This document shows positions 26,547 to 35,001 of a stretch of DNA of 42,496 bases, piece after piece. This DNA comes from Patescibacteria group bacterium (GTDB lineage Bacteria; Patescibacteriota; Minisyncoccia; UBA6257; UBA9933), in assembly GCA_038065955.1 (NCBI GenBank), contig JBBTPY010000002.1:1-42496 (forward strand), written 5' to 3'. The position numbers were made by a program, and so were the translations under genes. Position 1 is the first letter of the stretch; each line of letters starts with the position of its first letter. The notes below the pieces were generated by a model. It was not told the origin of the DNA. It did not search any database and was given only the letters and a program-made list of their open reading frames with translations.

Positions 26547-28331
26547 ATGTTGAATAAGAATAAGCAAAAATTTTACGATGGCCTAAAAATCGTTTTTCGT
26601 TATTTATCTAATTATAAAAAAGAATTAACAATTATTTCTTTTTTGGGCATAGTTTCGGCCATCGGTAACGGTGTTATTCCTTATTTGGCGGGGCGTCTTT
26701 TTGACGCAATTATACAGCCGTTTAATATTTTTGGCGGCAGTTCGATAGAAATGCCGCTTTGGCTATTATTTATAATTTTATGGATAATTATTCGATTAAT
26801 TACAGATGTGATTGATTGGATAATCAATATCAGGGGCGCCCACATGGAAGAATTTATTCATTCTGATTACATAATTAATAGTTTGAATATACTTTTAGAA
26901 TTGCCGATTTCTTTTCATAAAGATAAAAAAATGGGAGAAGTCGCTGATAAAATCAATCGCGCCGCCAATTGGATTAGCAGAATCTCAAGTGATGTGATTA
27001 TCGGTTTAAGTCCTCAATTTTTAAGCGTTTTTGTGGCTCTGGCAGTATCATTTTATGTTAATTATTTTTTATCCATTATTCTTATCGGAGCGGTTGTGAT
27101 ATATATAATTATTTTAATAAAAATAGCGCCCCCCTTGGCAGTGCTTCAAAGGAAGTCAAATCGAGCCTATGGCAAAGCGTTTGCTGATTCGTATGACGCA
27201 ATTTTTAACGTGGTTTCCGTTAAGCAGGCGGTGGCGGAAAAATACTAACAAAACAAAATTTTTAAGAATTTCCGCTTAAAAGCCGCCAATATTTATGCTC
27301 GAATGATGACTATTTGGCAGGGGATGAATTTTTATCAGCGTTTGATTGTCACATTAACGCAATTTATTATTTATGGAATTTCGTTTTATTTAATTTTGGA
27401 AGGAAGGATGACTATTGGAGAATTGGTAATGTTTAACGGTTATGCCGCTATGCTTTTCGGGCCATTTGTAAAATTGGGACACAATTGGCAAGTTGTCCAA
27501 AATGGTCTGATTGCTTTAGAACGGGCAGAAAAAATTTTAATTTTGCCTAAGGAAATTTATCGGCCGGAAAACGCGCCAGTGCTGTCTGAAATAAAAGGCG
27601 AAGTGGAATTTAAAGACGTTTCTTTTGCTTATAAAAATGGCAAGCCGGTTTTGGAAAATATAAATTTTAAGGTTAAGGCGGGCGAAGTGATTGCTTTGGT
27701 CGGGGAAAGCGGTATGGGCAAAAGCACGCTGATGGATTTGATTTCCGCTTATTATTTCCCAATAGCCGGAAAAGTTTTGATTGACGGACATGATACAAAA
27801 AATTTGGATTTGAAGTTTTTGCGCTCAAAAATTTCTGTTGTGCCCCAAGAAATTGTTTTATTTAATGATACGATTGAAATTAATATAAAATATGGAAGTT
27901 TTGGTGCGTCTTTAAAAAAAATTATGGATGCGGCGCAAAAGGCTCATGCTTTGGAATTTATTGAAAATTTTCCCAAAAAATGGAAACAAATAGTCGGCGA
28001 GAGAGGGGTCAAGCTTTCAGTCGGTCAAAAACAAAGAGTGGCGATTGCTCGGGCGATTTTGAGGAATCCGAAAATTTTGATTTTAGACGAGCCCACTTCG
28101 GCTTTGGACGCAAAATCAGAAAGCATAATTAAAGAGTCTTTGGAGGAATTAATGAAAGGCAGAACAACTTTTATCGTTGCTCATCGTTTAAGCACAGTCA
28201 GAAAAGCTGATAGAATATTAGTATTGGATAAAGGAAAAATTACGGAAAGCGGGACTCATGATGAATTAGTGAAGAAAAAGGGTGGCATTTACCGCCAGCT
28301 TTACGAATTACAAATCGGGCTGCGGAAGTAA
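26547..28331 (+). pseudogene. MsbA-type ABC exporter (TMD+NBD) interrupted by a single in-frame TAA
   Basis: ORFs 26547..27248 and 27303..28331 share one frame (offset 756 nt). Only TAA at 27246-27248 separates them (..VAEKY*QNKIFKNFRLKAANIYARMM..). The NBD has Walker A GESGMGKST, signature LSVGQKQR and Walker B ILILDEPTS. Confidence 0.75.
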
Positions 28332-28362
28332 TTTTTGATTTGTGGTATATTTTGGGTAAATT

Positions 28363-28461
28363 ATGAAAATTAATATATTGGACACTCCTGAAAATATAAA
28401 AATTATTATTGATAACAACTTGAAAGATTATGGAAAAAACTATTCCGGAAAAATTTTTTAA
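28363..28461 (+). CDS. Small leaderless-type ORF overlapping the fadD-like start (possibly a frameshifted N-terminal extension)
   Basis: TGGTATATT at 28343-28351 is an extended -10. The ORF reads MKINILDTPENIKIIIDNNLKDYGKNYSGKIF. Its N-terminus resembles the 35222 ORF (MSTILENIKIIIDNDPKDY). An A6 run lies at 28434-28439 at the overlap. Confidence 0.35.
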   Translation: MKINILDTPENIKIIIDNNLKDYGKNYSGKIF

Positions 28462-30178
28462 AATCGCTGAAAAGTTTTATGGAAGAAACGCATTTCTTTA
28501 TAAAAATAAAAAAAGTCAAATTTACTCTCCTATAACTTATAAAGAATTAGCGGAGATGGTAAAAATTTTTATTAGCAGTCTTCGTAAATTACAAATTAAA
28601 AAAGGCGATAAGGTTGTGATTTTTTCGGAAAATCGACCGGAGTGGGTAATTGCCGATTTAGCCGCGATGTCCATTGGAGCGATTGTTGTCCCCCTCCATA
28701 CAACTTTAAGTTTGGATATTCTCTCTTATATTATTAATCATTGTGAGGCAAAAATTCTTATCGTTTCAAATAATGATTTATTAAATAAAATTATGGCAAT
28801 TAGCGAGAAAATTACGTTTTTGAAAAAAATAATTATTTTAGAAGATTTAGATATTGATTCCAAAGATTTTAAAAATAAAGAAATTTTGCAATGGAATAAA
28901 TTATTTAAGTTAGCAGAAACGGCGGAAAAAAAACCTTTCTTCCTTCCTCGATTAAATACAAATGAAACATGTAGTATTATTTATACTTCAGGAACAACTG
29001 GCTTGCCGAAAGGAGTTGAATTAACTCATCAAAATTTTTTGAGCAATTTTGAGGCGGCGGTTGAGGCAATATCAGTGAGGCCGGACGATATTTTTTTATC
29101 ATTTTTACCGCTCTCTCATGTTTTCGAAAGATTGGCGGGATATTATGTCGCGCTTTTTTCGGGTGCAGTTATCGCTTACGCTGAAAGTATTAAAAAATTA
29201 CCCGATAATTTAAAAGAAATTAGGCCAACAATTTTAATTTCTGTGCCGCGTGTTTTTGAAAAAATTTATGAAACGATTTGGGGAAAAATTAATAATTCAT
29301 TAGTCAAAAAAACTTTTTTCTTTTGGGCATTAAAACAAAAAGACAATGGATTTAAATATAAAATTGCTAATTTTTTAGTTTTCCGGAAAATTAGAGAACA
29401 ATTAGGCGGACGATTGCGTTTAATAATTTCTGGTGGAGCGCCTATGGATAAACAAATAGCTAAATTTTTTTATAAATTCAAGATTTTAATTTTAGAAGGC
29501 TATGGACTTACCGAAACCTCACCAGTTATATCTGTAAATCGCGAATTTGATTTTAAATTCGGCACAGTTGGTAAGCCAATCTATAATATAGAAATTAAAA
29601 TTTCGCCGGAAAAAGAAATTTTAGTCAGAGGATTAAGCGTAATGAAGGGATATTTTAAAAATAATGGATTAACTCATGAAAGTAAGGATACCGAGGGGTG
29701 GTTTCGTACTGGCGATATGGGTTTTTTTGATAAGAGCGGTTTTTTGACTATTATTGGTCGAAAAAAGGAAATAATTATCACATCAACCGGAAAAAATATT
29801 TGGCCGGAAGTTATTGAACAAGAGCTTAATAAAGATTTTTTTATTTCTCAGTCAGTTATAATTGGGCAAAAAAGGAAATTCATTTCAGCCTTAATTGTCC
29901 CTAATTGGAATGTTGTGGAAAATTTTTTTCAAAAACAAAATTTATTTTTTGATTTTTCTGAAAATTTAGTTAATAATTCAGAAATAATAAATTTATTCGA
30001 AAAAATAATTAAAGAAATAAATAAAAAATTTGCTGATTATGAAAAAATTAAAAAATTTAAACTTTTGAAAAATGAATTTAGTCAAAGAGAAAATGAATTA
30101 ACGCCAACTTTAAAGCTTCGTCGTCATATTATAGAAGAACATTATAAAAAAGAGATTAAAGAGATATATTGTAATTGA
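28430..30178 (+). CDS. Long-chain acyl-CoA synthetase-like AMP-forming ligase
   Basis: 582 aa. The AMP-binding motif is IIYTSGTTGLPKGVELTH. Other family segments are EGYGLTETSP, GWFRTGDMG and the C-terminal LTPTLKLRR. No SD precedes ATG 28430. Confidence 0.88.
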   Translation: MEKTIPEKFFKIAEKFYGRNAFLYKNKKSQIYSPITYKELAEMVKIFISSLRKLQIKKGDKVVIFSENRPEWVIADLAAMSIGAIVVPLHTTLSLDILSYIINHCEAKILIVSNNDLLNKIMAISEKITFLKKIIILEDLDIDSKDFKNKEILQWNKLFKLAETAEKKPFFLPRLNTNETCSIIYTSGTTGLPKGVELTHQNFLSNFEAAVEAISVRPDDIFLSFLPLSHVFERLAGYYVALFSGAVIAYAESIKKLPDNLKEIRPTILISVPRVFEKIYETIWGKINNSLVKKTFFFWALKQKDNGFKYKIANFLVFRKIREQLGGRLRLIISGGAPMDKQIAKFFYKFKILILEGYGLTETSPVISVNREFDFKFGTVGKPIYNIEIKISPEKEILVRGLSVMKGYFKNNGLTHESKDTEGWFRTGDMGFFDKSGFLTIIGRKKEIIITSTGKNIWPEVIEQELNKDFFISQSVIIGQKRKFISALIVPNWNVVENFFQKQNLFFDFSENLVNNSEIINLFEKIIKEINKKFADYEKIKKFKLLKNEFSQRENELTPTLKLRRHIIEEHYKKEIKEIYCN

Positions 30179-30240
30179 TTTATAAGATATTAATTCAGAA
30201 AGTTTATGAAAACATCTATTGGATAAATTAAATCTTTATT

Positions 30241-30717
30241 TTATTCAGATAAAATTTGTAATAATTCTAAATTATATCTTTTACCTTCTATCCAGTCCTG
30301 AACGGCAAGATACGCTCTCGTATTTATAAATTCTTCTTTTTTTATCTTCTTTAACTCTTCTTTATTAAAAAATCGCAATTCAGCAATATTTTCCTCTCTT
30401 TGTTTTTGTTCTTTTTTGTCGGAAATTTTCAGAGTTTCTTTTGTAAGAGAAGCTAAAAAATTAAATTGAATAGTCAGTTTATTTTTTCTTTTCAAGAAAA
30501 AGATGTTTAAAATATGATTAATATCGACACAAGCTCCGGCCTCTTCTTCGGATTCTCTTTTAGCGGCCGTAATAATATTTTTGTCTGCCTCCGGCTCAAA
30601 AGTTCCTTTTATAATATTCCAACGATACGCTCTATTTTGGTCATATTTTTCTTTTATCAATAACAGGCTGTCATTTTTTTGAATTAAGACGCCGATTTTA
30701 ATTTGAATTTCTGTCAT
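30241..30717 (-). CDS. NUDIX hydrolase
   Basis: The Nudix box is GTFEPEADKNIITAAKRESEEEAGA (Gx5Ex7REuxEExGu). 158 aa. Confidence 0.85.
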   Translation of the reverse strand: MTEIQIKIGVLIQKNDSLLLIKEKYDQNRAYRWNIIKGTFEPEADKNIITAAKRESEEEAGACVDINHILNIFFLKRKNKLTIQFNFLASLTKETLKISDKKEQKQREENIAELRFFNKEELKKIKKEEFINTRAYLAVQDWIEGKRYNLELLQILSE

Positions 30718-30748
30718 ATTTTTAAATTATATTTTAGAGATTTAATGA

Positions 30749-31468
30749 TTAATGGTCGCGCAATATTTTTTCATGACTGGCTGCGTGGCCTTCTCCATAT
30801 ACAATAAAAAGATCATATCCTTTTTCCCAAACATCTTTAATTCCCTTAATAACAGTTTGGTCGCGATATTTTCCGGAAGCGCGGACAACATCTTTAAACG
30901 GGTTATCTTCTTGCGTTGGGCTTTCTATTTTTTTAAAAAATTCAACATCGTTAAAATCCAATTCTGTTTTAAAAAATTGTTGGTGAATTTTTTTCATATG
31001 TTCAATGGAAAATTCAAAATCGTTCCACCCGCTTGCTTTTTCGTGGCGTTGTAAAAATGGCGATAAATAAGAAATTATATCCGGTTTTTGCTTTAATCGA
31101 TGCCATTGAGAAACAGTGCGGGCAAAATAATAATAAGCAATTTGTTCTTTGGAAAACTGCTGTAGTAGAGCATTCATTTCTTTGCCGCGATCTGGCTCAA
31201 AACAAGAAATAGGAGTATTGGTTTGATGGCAAAGATAAGCCATAAAATCTATCTCTCCTCCTTTTAGTATTGATTCTGTTTCTGTGTTATGGGTTTTCCA
31301 TCCTCGCGATTCCACGACAGCCAATGGCTGTTTAGCTATTTTTAAAAAATCTATCCATTTTTCTTTTATAAAGTTGAATTGTCGGTCAGTTGAATCCCAA
31401 GAATGGCGGACGCCAAGATAAAATAAAGTGGTGTTATTCTTTTTAAGAGAAAAGAAATAAGGAAACAT
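30749..31468 (-). CDS. Hypothetical protein, possibly of the Tiki/TraB/GumN superfamily
   Basis: 239 aa with two GxxH-type motifs at the positions typical of that superfamily (LFYLGVRHS near the N-terminus, IVYGEGHAASH near the C-terminus). The assignment is tentative. Confidence 0.3.
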   Translation of the reverse strand: MFPYFFSLKKNNTTLFYLGVRHSWDSTDRQFNFIKEKWIDFLKIAKQPLAVVESRGWKTHNTETESILKGGEIDFMAYLCHQTNTPISCFEPDRGKEMNALLQQFSKEQIAYYYFARTVSQWHRLKQKPDIISYLSPFLQRHEKASGWNDFEFSIEHMKKIHQQFFKTELDFNDVEFFKKIESPTQEDNPFKDVVRASGKYRDQTVIKGIKDVWEKGYDLFIVYGEGHAASHEKILRDH

Positions 31469-31493
31469 ATTTTTAATTCTACTAATTTTAGTG

Positions 31494-32132
31494 TTATTGG
31501 AGGACGTCTAGAAATTCTTTTTCAAGTTCCGTAAGATTTTTACCAAAAATATTAATTACAATTTTATTAAAACGATAATAAGAATAATAAATTGAAGATG
31601 ATTTTATTAATTGTTTTATTTTTTTAAATCCGTATTTATCAATAATATAGTGCGTGAATAAATAAGCAGTTGGATAAGCGCTTAAATTATTTCTGAATCG
31701 ATTCCAATTATAAAGTGTGTCAAGTTTACCACAAAAATTTGCTTCAAAATATTTAACTTTTGAGTTTTTATATTGCCCGGAAATAACCCCGGCCAATCCT
31801 TCAATTAACCACATAGGAAGAGTTTTGCTGTTTGACAAATGATTTGTGTAAATATGAATAAGTTCATGTTTAATTAAAAAAGGAAATTCTTCGAGTTTAT
31901 GCGATGGCGCTTCTTTTTTCCATCGCGCTGGATCCAGTAATAAAATTGTTTTTTTATTAGAGTTTGCGTTCCCAATTTCCCAATCAGCGGTTTTTCTGCC
32001 TAATAATTTTTCATATTCTGTTCTGTTTTTGGCAACCGTTATTTCAATATTTTCCAAATGAAAACCAAAAAAATCAGCAATTTCTTTGCGGGCGTTTTTA
32101 ATTTCTGTGTCGTATTTTGTGGTTTTGGGCAT
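31494..32132 (-). CDS. Cytoplasmic HExxH gluzincin-like peptidase (MA-clan-like), cassette 1
   Basis: 212 aa. HELIH is followed ~18 residues later by WLIEGLAG (third-ligand Glu pattern). No signal peptide. It is divergent from rSAM cassette 1. Confidence 0.6.
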   Translation of the reverse strand: MPKTTKYDTEIKNARKEIADFFGFHLENIEITVAKNRTEYEKLLGRKTADWEIGNANSNKKTILLLDPARWKKEAPSHKLEEFPFLIKHELIHIYTNHLSNSKTLPMWLIEGLAGVISGQYKNSKVKYFEANFCGKLDTLYNWNRFRNNLSAYPTAYLFTHYIIDKYGFKKIKQLIKSSSIYYSYYRFNKIVINIFGKNLTELEKEFLDVLQ

Positions 32133-32235
32133 AAATTTTCTTTAATTTAATCATACCAAATCTTTTTTATTTCGCCCACTTCTTGCTTAATTTCTCCCTA
32201 GTTAATTTCCTCTTATATTGTAGTATAATCTGGGT

Positions 32236-32304
32236 ATGGAAATATTAGTTACCGGCGCTATTGGCAAGGGCAAAACTTCGCTTTCGGCGTTTTGCTATCA
32301 TTGA
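32236..32304 (+). pseudogene. 22-codon remnant of a P-loop NTPase N-terminus behind a leaderless-type promoter
   Basis: TATAAT at 32224-32229 is followed by 6 nt and ATG 32236. The ORF reads MEILVTGAIGKGKTSLSAFCYH*, and GxxGxGKT(S) is a Walker A loop. It is truncated after 22 codons. Confidence 0.4.
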
Positions 32305-32335
32305 TGATAGCGGGAAATTGCGGATATATCGGCGC

Positions 32336-32465
32336 TTGACAAATTGGTTTGACTTGATATCATAAAACCAGCGTTTGGCTAAAATGGTTTAGTCAAAAGG
32401 ACATTAAAAAATAACGGCGAAGCCGTTTATAAGGGAGAAAATTTAAGAAAAGGAGGTGAAAAAAA
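32336..32465 (+). promoter_or_regulatory. Conserved promoter + two-hairpin 5' leader, cassette 1
   Basis: TTGACA lies at 32336-32341. Hairpin 1 is TTTGGCTAAA-ATGG-TTTAGTCAAA (32374-32397). Hairpin 2 is AACGGC-GAA-GCCGTT (32413-32427). The SD is AAAAGGAGGTG. It is homologous to the elements at 35512, 38160 and 40742. Confidence 0.65.
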
Positions 32466-33920
32466 ATGAAAAAGCAAAAATATCAGCTATCCCCAAATGT
32501 CCGCATCATATTTAATTCTGGAACAGAAACAGCGATGGTTTATCACGCGCTGTATGGCAATCCTCGGATTATCAATAACGAAGGTTTACATTTTTTGAAT
32601 TTATTTAGACAGCCGGTTGGTATGAAAGAAATATCTGAAATTTGCGATGGAGATTCAGAAGATACTATTCAAGAGTTTACTGAAATCTTTTTCCTTGTTA
32701 AACCCGGTTTCGACGAGAAAAAGTTCCTGCGAGAAAAAAAAGAACAGCAACTTATCCAAGTGCAAGAACGGCGGACGGTTGACAGGATGGGTCTCGCAAT
32801 CAGTGATTCGTGCAACTTTGGATGCACACACTGTATTCATTTCCAACCCGCAACCAACTTTGGTCAGGTACTGCTGATTTATCAACAAGCAACTCCACAG
32901 CTCAATATGACTTGGGAAACCGCAAAGCGATGCGTGGATCAGTATATTGCATTGATGAGATATCAAAAAAGGACTCACGGAAAGATACATTTCGGAAACG
33001 CAGAACCATTAGTCAATTGGCCTGTCATTAAGCAGGTGCTTGAATACTGCAGTAAGATGAGTGATCTCTCGTTTGAGTTCGCCATCAATACAAACATGGC
33101 GTTCATGACCAGACAAATTGCCGAGGCACTCAAGAAACATCAAGTTCACATTGCGACTTCACTCGATGGTACCCAGGTAGCCAACGATGCTATCCGTATT
33201 ACAAAGGGTGGGCAAGGAACATTCGTTCACATCCTTAAAAAATTTGATCTTTTAGTAAAGATTGGCTATCCGCTCGACGGATTCAGTATTACTATTACAA
33301 GAAGAAATTTTGATCTCGTTGATACGGATATTCTTGACTTGGCGATTGAAAGAAAAATGACTTCAATTGCCTTCGATTATGACCTTGTCGGTTTGGTTCA
33401 TATTCCAGTTGAGAAACGAATCACAAAACTCATGCGGCTCAAAAAATACGCCAACGAACACGGCGTCGATTTCTTTGGAACGTGGGATTCTCCGTTTCGT
33501 AATCTAACATCAGAAAGTCTTTTGTTTGGAGATCACGCGTTTTGCGCCGCTGTTCAGGGTAAATCTCTTGAGTTTAACGTGAATGGCAGTATTAAGATTT
33601 GTAGTCATACCACTACGCCGATAGGTCATATAGATAGATTTGATGGAGTGTTTGAAGAAAGGGGCGGTTTAGTGCAAATAGTTGCCAGTCGTTTCCCCGG
33701 AACGAATGAGTACTGTTCCGGCTGTGAGATAGAAGGACCCTGTGGCGGACAATGCCATGTTACCAGAGAGGTTGTTTCATGCTCGGCAAGCGAGAATCGA
33801 CAAAAATTCTTTGTCGATATGTGTGATTTTTATCGTGAAATTACAAAAGCGCTTGCCATAGAGTATCTCCGGTCAAATGGCGATAGCATGGCAAGTAGTC
33901 GCAAACGCTGTACTTTGTGA
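32466..33920 (+). CDS. Radical SAM / SPASM-domain peptide maturase, cassette 1
   Basis: 484 aa. A ~110-aa N-terminal (RRE-like?) region precedes CNFGCTHC (Cx3Cx2C). The C-terminal auxiliary-cluster Cys pattern is CAAV..ICSH..CSGCEIEGPCGGQCHV. Confidence 0.85.
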   Translation: MKKQKYQLSPNVRIIFNSGTETAMVYHALYGNPRIINNEGLHFLNLFRQPVGMKEISEICDGDSEDTIQEFTEIFFLVKPGFDEKKFLREKKEQQLIQVQERRTVDRMGLAISDSCNFGCTHCIHFQPATNFGQVLLIYQQATPQLNMTWETAKRCVDQYIALMRYQKRTHGKIHFGNAEPLVNWPVIKQVLEYCSKMSDLSFEFAINTNMAFMTRQIAEALKKHQVHIATSLDGTQVANDAIRITKGGQGTFVHILKKFDLLVKIGYPLDGFSITITRRNFDLVDTDILDLAIERKMTSIAFDYDLVGLVHIPVEKRITKLMRLKKYANEHGVDFFGTWDSPFRNLTSESLLFGDHAFCAAVQGKSLEFNVNGSIKICSHTTTPIGHIDRFDGVFEERGGLVQIVASRFPGTNEYCSGCEIEGPCGGQCHVTREVVSCSASENRQKFFVDMCDFYREITKALAIEYLRSNGDSMASSRKRCTL

Positions 33921-33936
33921 AAGGAGGTGAATCTAT

Positions 33937-34032
33937 ATGAAAAAAATCAAAATCAAAAAAATCAAAATTACCAAAGTCGTTTCCATGCCTTCGGGAGCAT
34001 TTTTTCCTGGTAAACGAACAGGTTGCAAGTAA
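33937..34032 (+). CDS. Candidate precursor peptide 1 (31 aa, Lys/Ile-rich, single Cys)
   Basis: The SD AAAGGAGGTG lies 7 nt upstream of ATG 33937. The peptide is MKKIKIKKIKITKVVSMPSGAFFPGKRTGCK. It occupies the same position as the mini-ORFs in cassettes 2-4 and is followed by a terminator. It is absent from the ORF track. Confidence 0.5.
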   Translation: MKKIKIKKIKITKVVSMPSGAFFPGKRTGCK

Positions 34033-34043
34033 TTGCAACCAAT

Positions 34044-34080
34044 GGGGTTAAGTACGAAAGTATTTAACCCCGCTTTTTTT
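34044..34080. terminator. Bidirectional terminator after cassette 1, overlapping the kinase 3' end
   Basis: GGGGTTAA (34044-34051) pairs with TTAACCCC (34064-34071), followed by GCTTTTTTT. Confidence 0.65.
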
Positions 34081-35001
34081 ATTCCATTTTACTATGATTT
34101 CATTGATATTTTTCTTTGGACTATTTGAATTTATTGTCCAATAAAGCGCGTTAAGATAAAAAATGGCGCGCACAAATTGATATTTTTTCTGAAATAGTTT
34201 TCTATCTTTTATAAGATTTGATTTTAAAATCGCCGCGATTAATTTATTCATGTAATCAGCTTCAAATATTTCATCAATACCTTGTTCTTGGTAAGCCTTT
34301 GCGCATTCTTGATAATAAAAAATGCGAAAAAGATCGTAGTCAGCATCGCCGAATAATGCCAGTTCCCAATCAATAATTCCGGTTAATTTTTTGCCGTCCG
34401 TAAGTAAGTTATGAATAATAAGATCACCATGAACAAGAGTTATTTCACCGTCGTCGGGAAAGAGATTTTGAGCTTCGGATTTTTCAATAATTAATAATAA
34501 ATCTTTTAAGATTTTATTTGCTTGTTTAAATTTCCTTATCCTGGAAATTTTTAGATTGATGTTGTCAGTGAGATAATCCAGAAAATTATTATATTTTTCA
34601 CCGGTATTAACGGAATAAATATAATCTTTAGTTTGAGTTTTTAAATACTGCAAAAATTTAATAATTTGTTTAACAATATTTGCTTGATTGGTTTTTGATA
34701 GAGTTTTCCAAAGCACGTCCAAAGTCTTTCCGGGAAGTCGATTTTCAACCATGGCGACTGATTTATTAATTTTCCCCGCCCACACGATATTTGGTATTAA
34801 TGAATGATTAAGTTTTTTTAAAAATTTTGTTTCTCTCAATAAAAGTTTTGGATTGTTATCTCGAAAACGGACGATATATTTGTTTGAAATGAAAACTTTA
34901 TGATGAGTACCGTTTGTAGCAGCTACAAAACGTTCTTCTTTGGAAATAGCAAGTTGTTTTTTGATTTTTTTAATTCGCAATAGATAATTTTTCATATTCA
35001 T
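34048..35001 (-). CDS. Aminoglycoside-phosphotransferase/choline-kinase-fold (APH family) kinase
   Basis: 317 aa. The catalytic loop is LVHGDLIIHNLL. The metal-binding segment is GIIDWELALFGDADYDL. An N-terminal Lys region (KVFIS) is present. Confidence 0.75.
   Translation of the reverse strand: MNMKNYLLRIKKIKKQLAISKEERFVAATNGTHHKVFISNKYIVRFRDNNPKLLLRETKFLKKLNHSLIPNIVWAGKINKSVAMVENRLPGKTLDVLWKTLSKTNQANIVKQIIKFLQYLKTQTKDYIYSVNTGEKYNNFLDYLTDNINLKISRIRKFKQANKILKDLLLIIEKSEAQNLFPDDGEITLVHGDLIIHNLLTDGKKLTGIIDWELALFGDADYDLFRIFYYQECAKAYQEQGIDEIFEADYMNKLIAAILKSNLIKDRKLFQKKYQFVRAIFYLNALYWTINSNSPKKNINEIIVKWNKKSGVKYFRT

Noticed and set aside
27246-27248. Stop-codon reassignment as the explanation for the in-frame TAA in the ABC exporter
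   Set aside because: TAA, TGA and TAG all terminate well-supported genes here at expected lengths (for example TGA in secD/secF, TAA in parB, topA and tpiA). A global recoding is therefore not supported.
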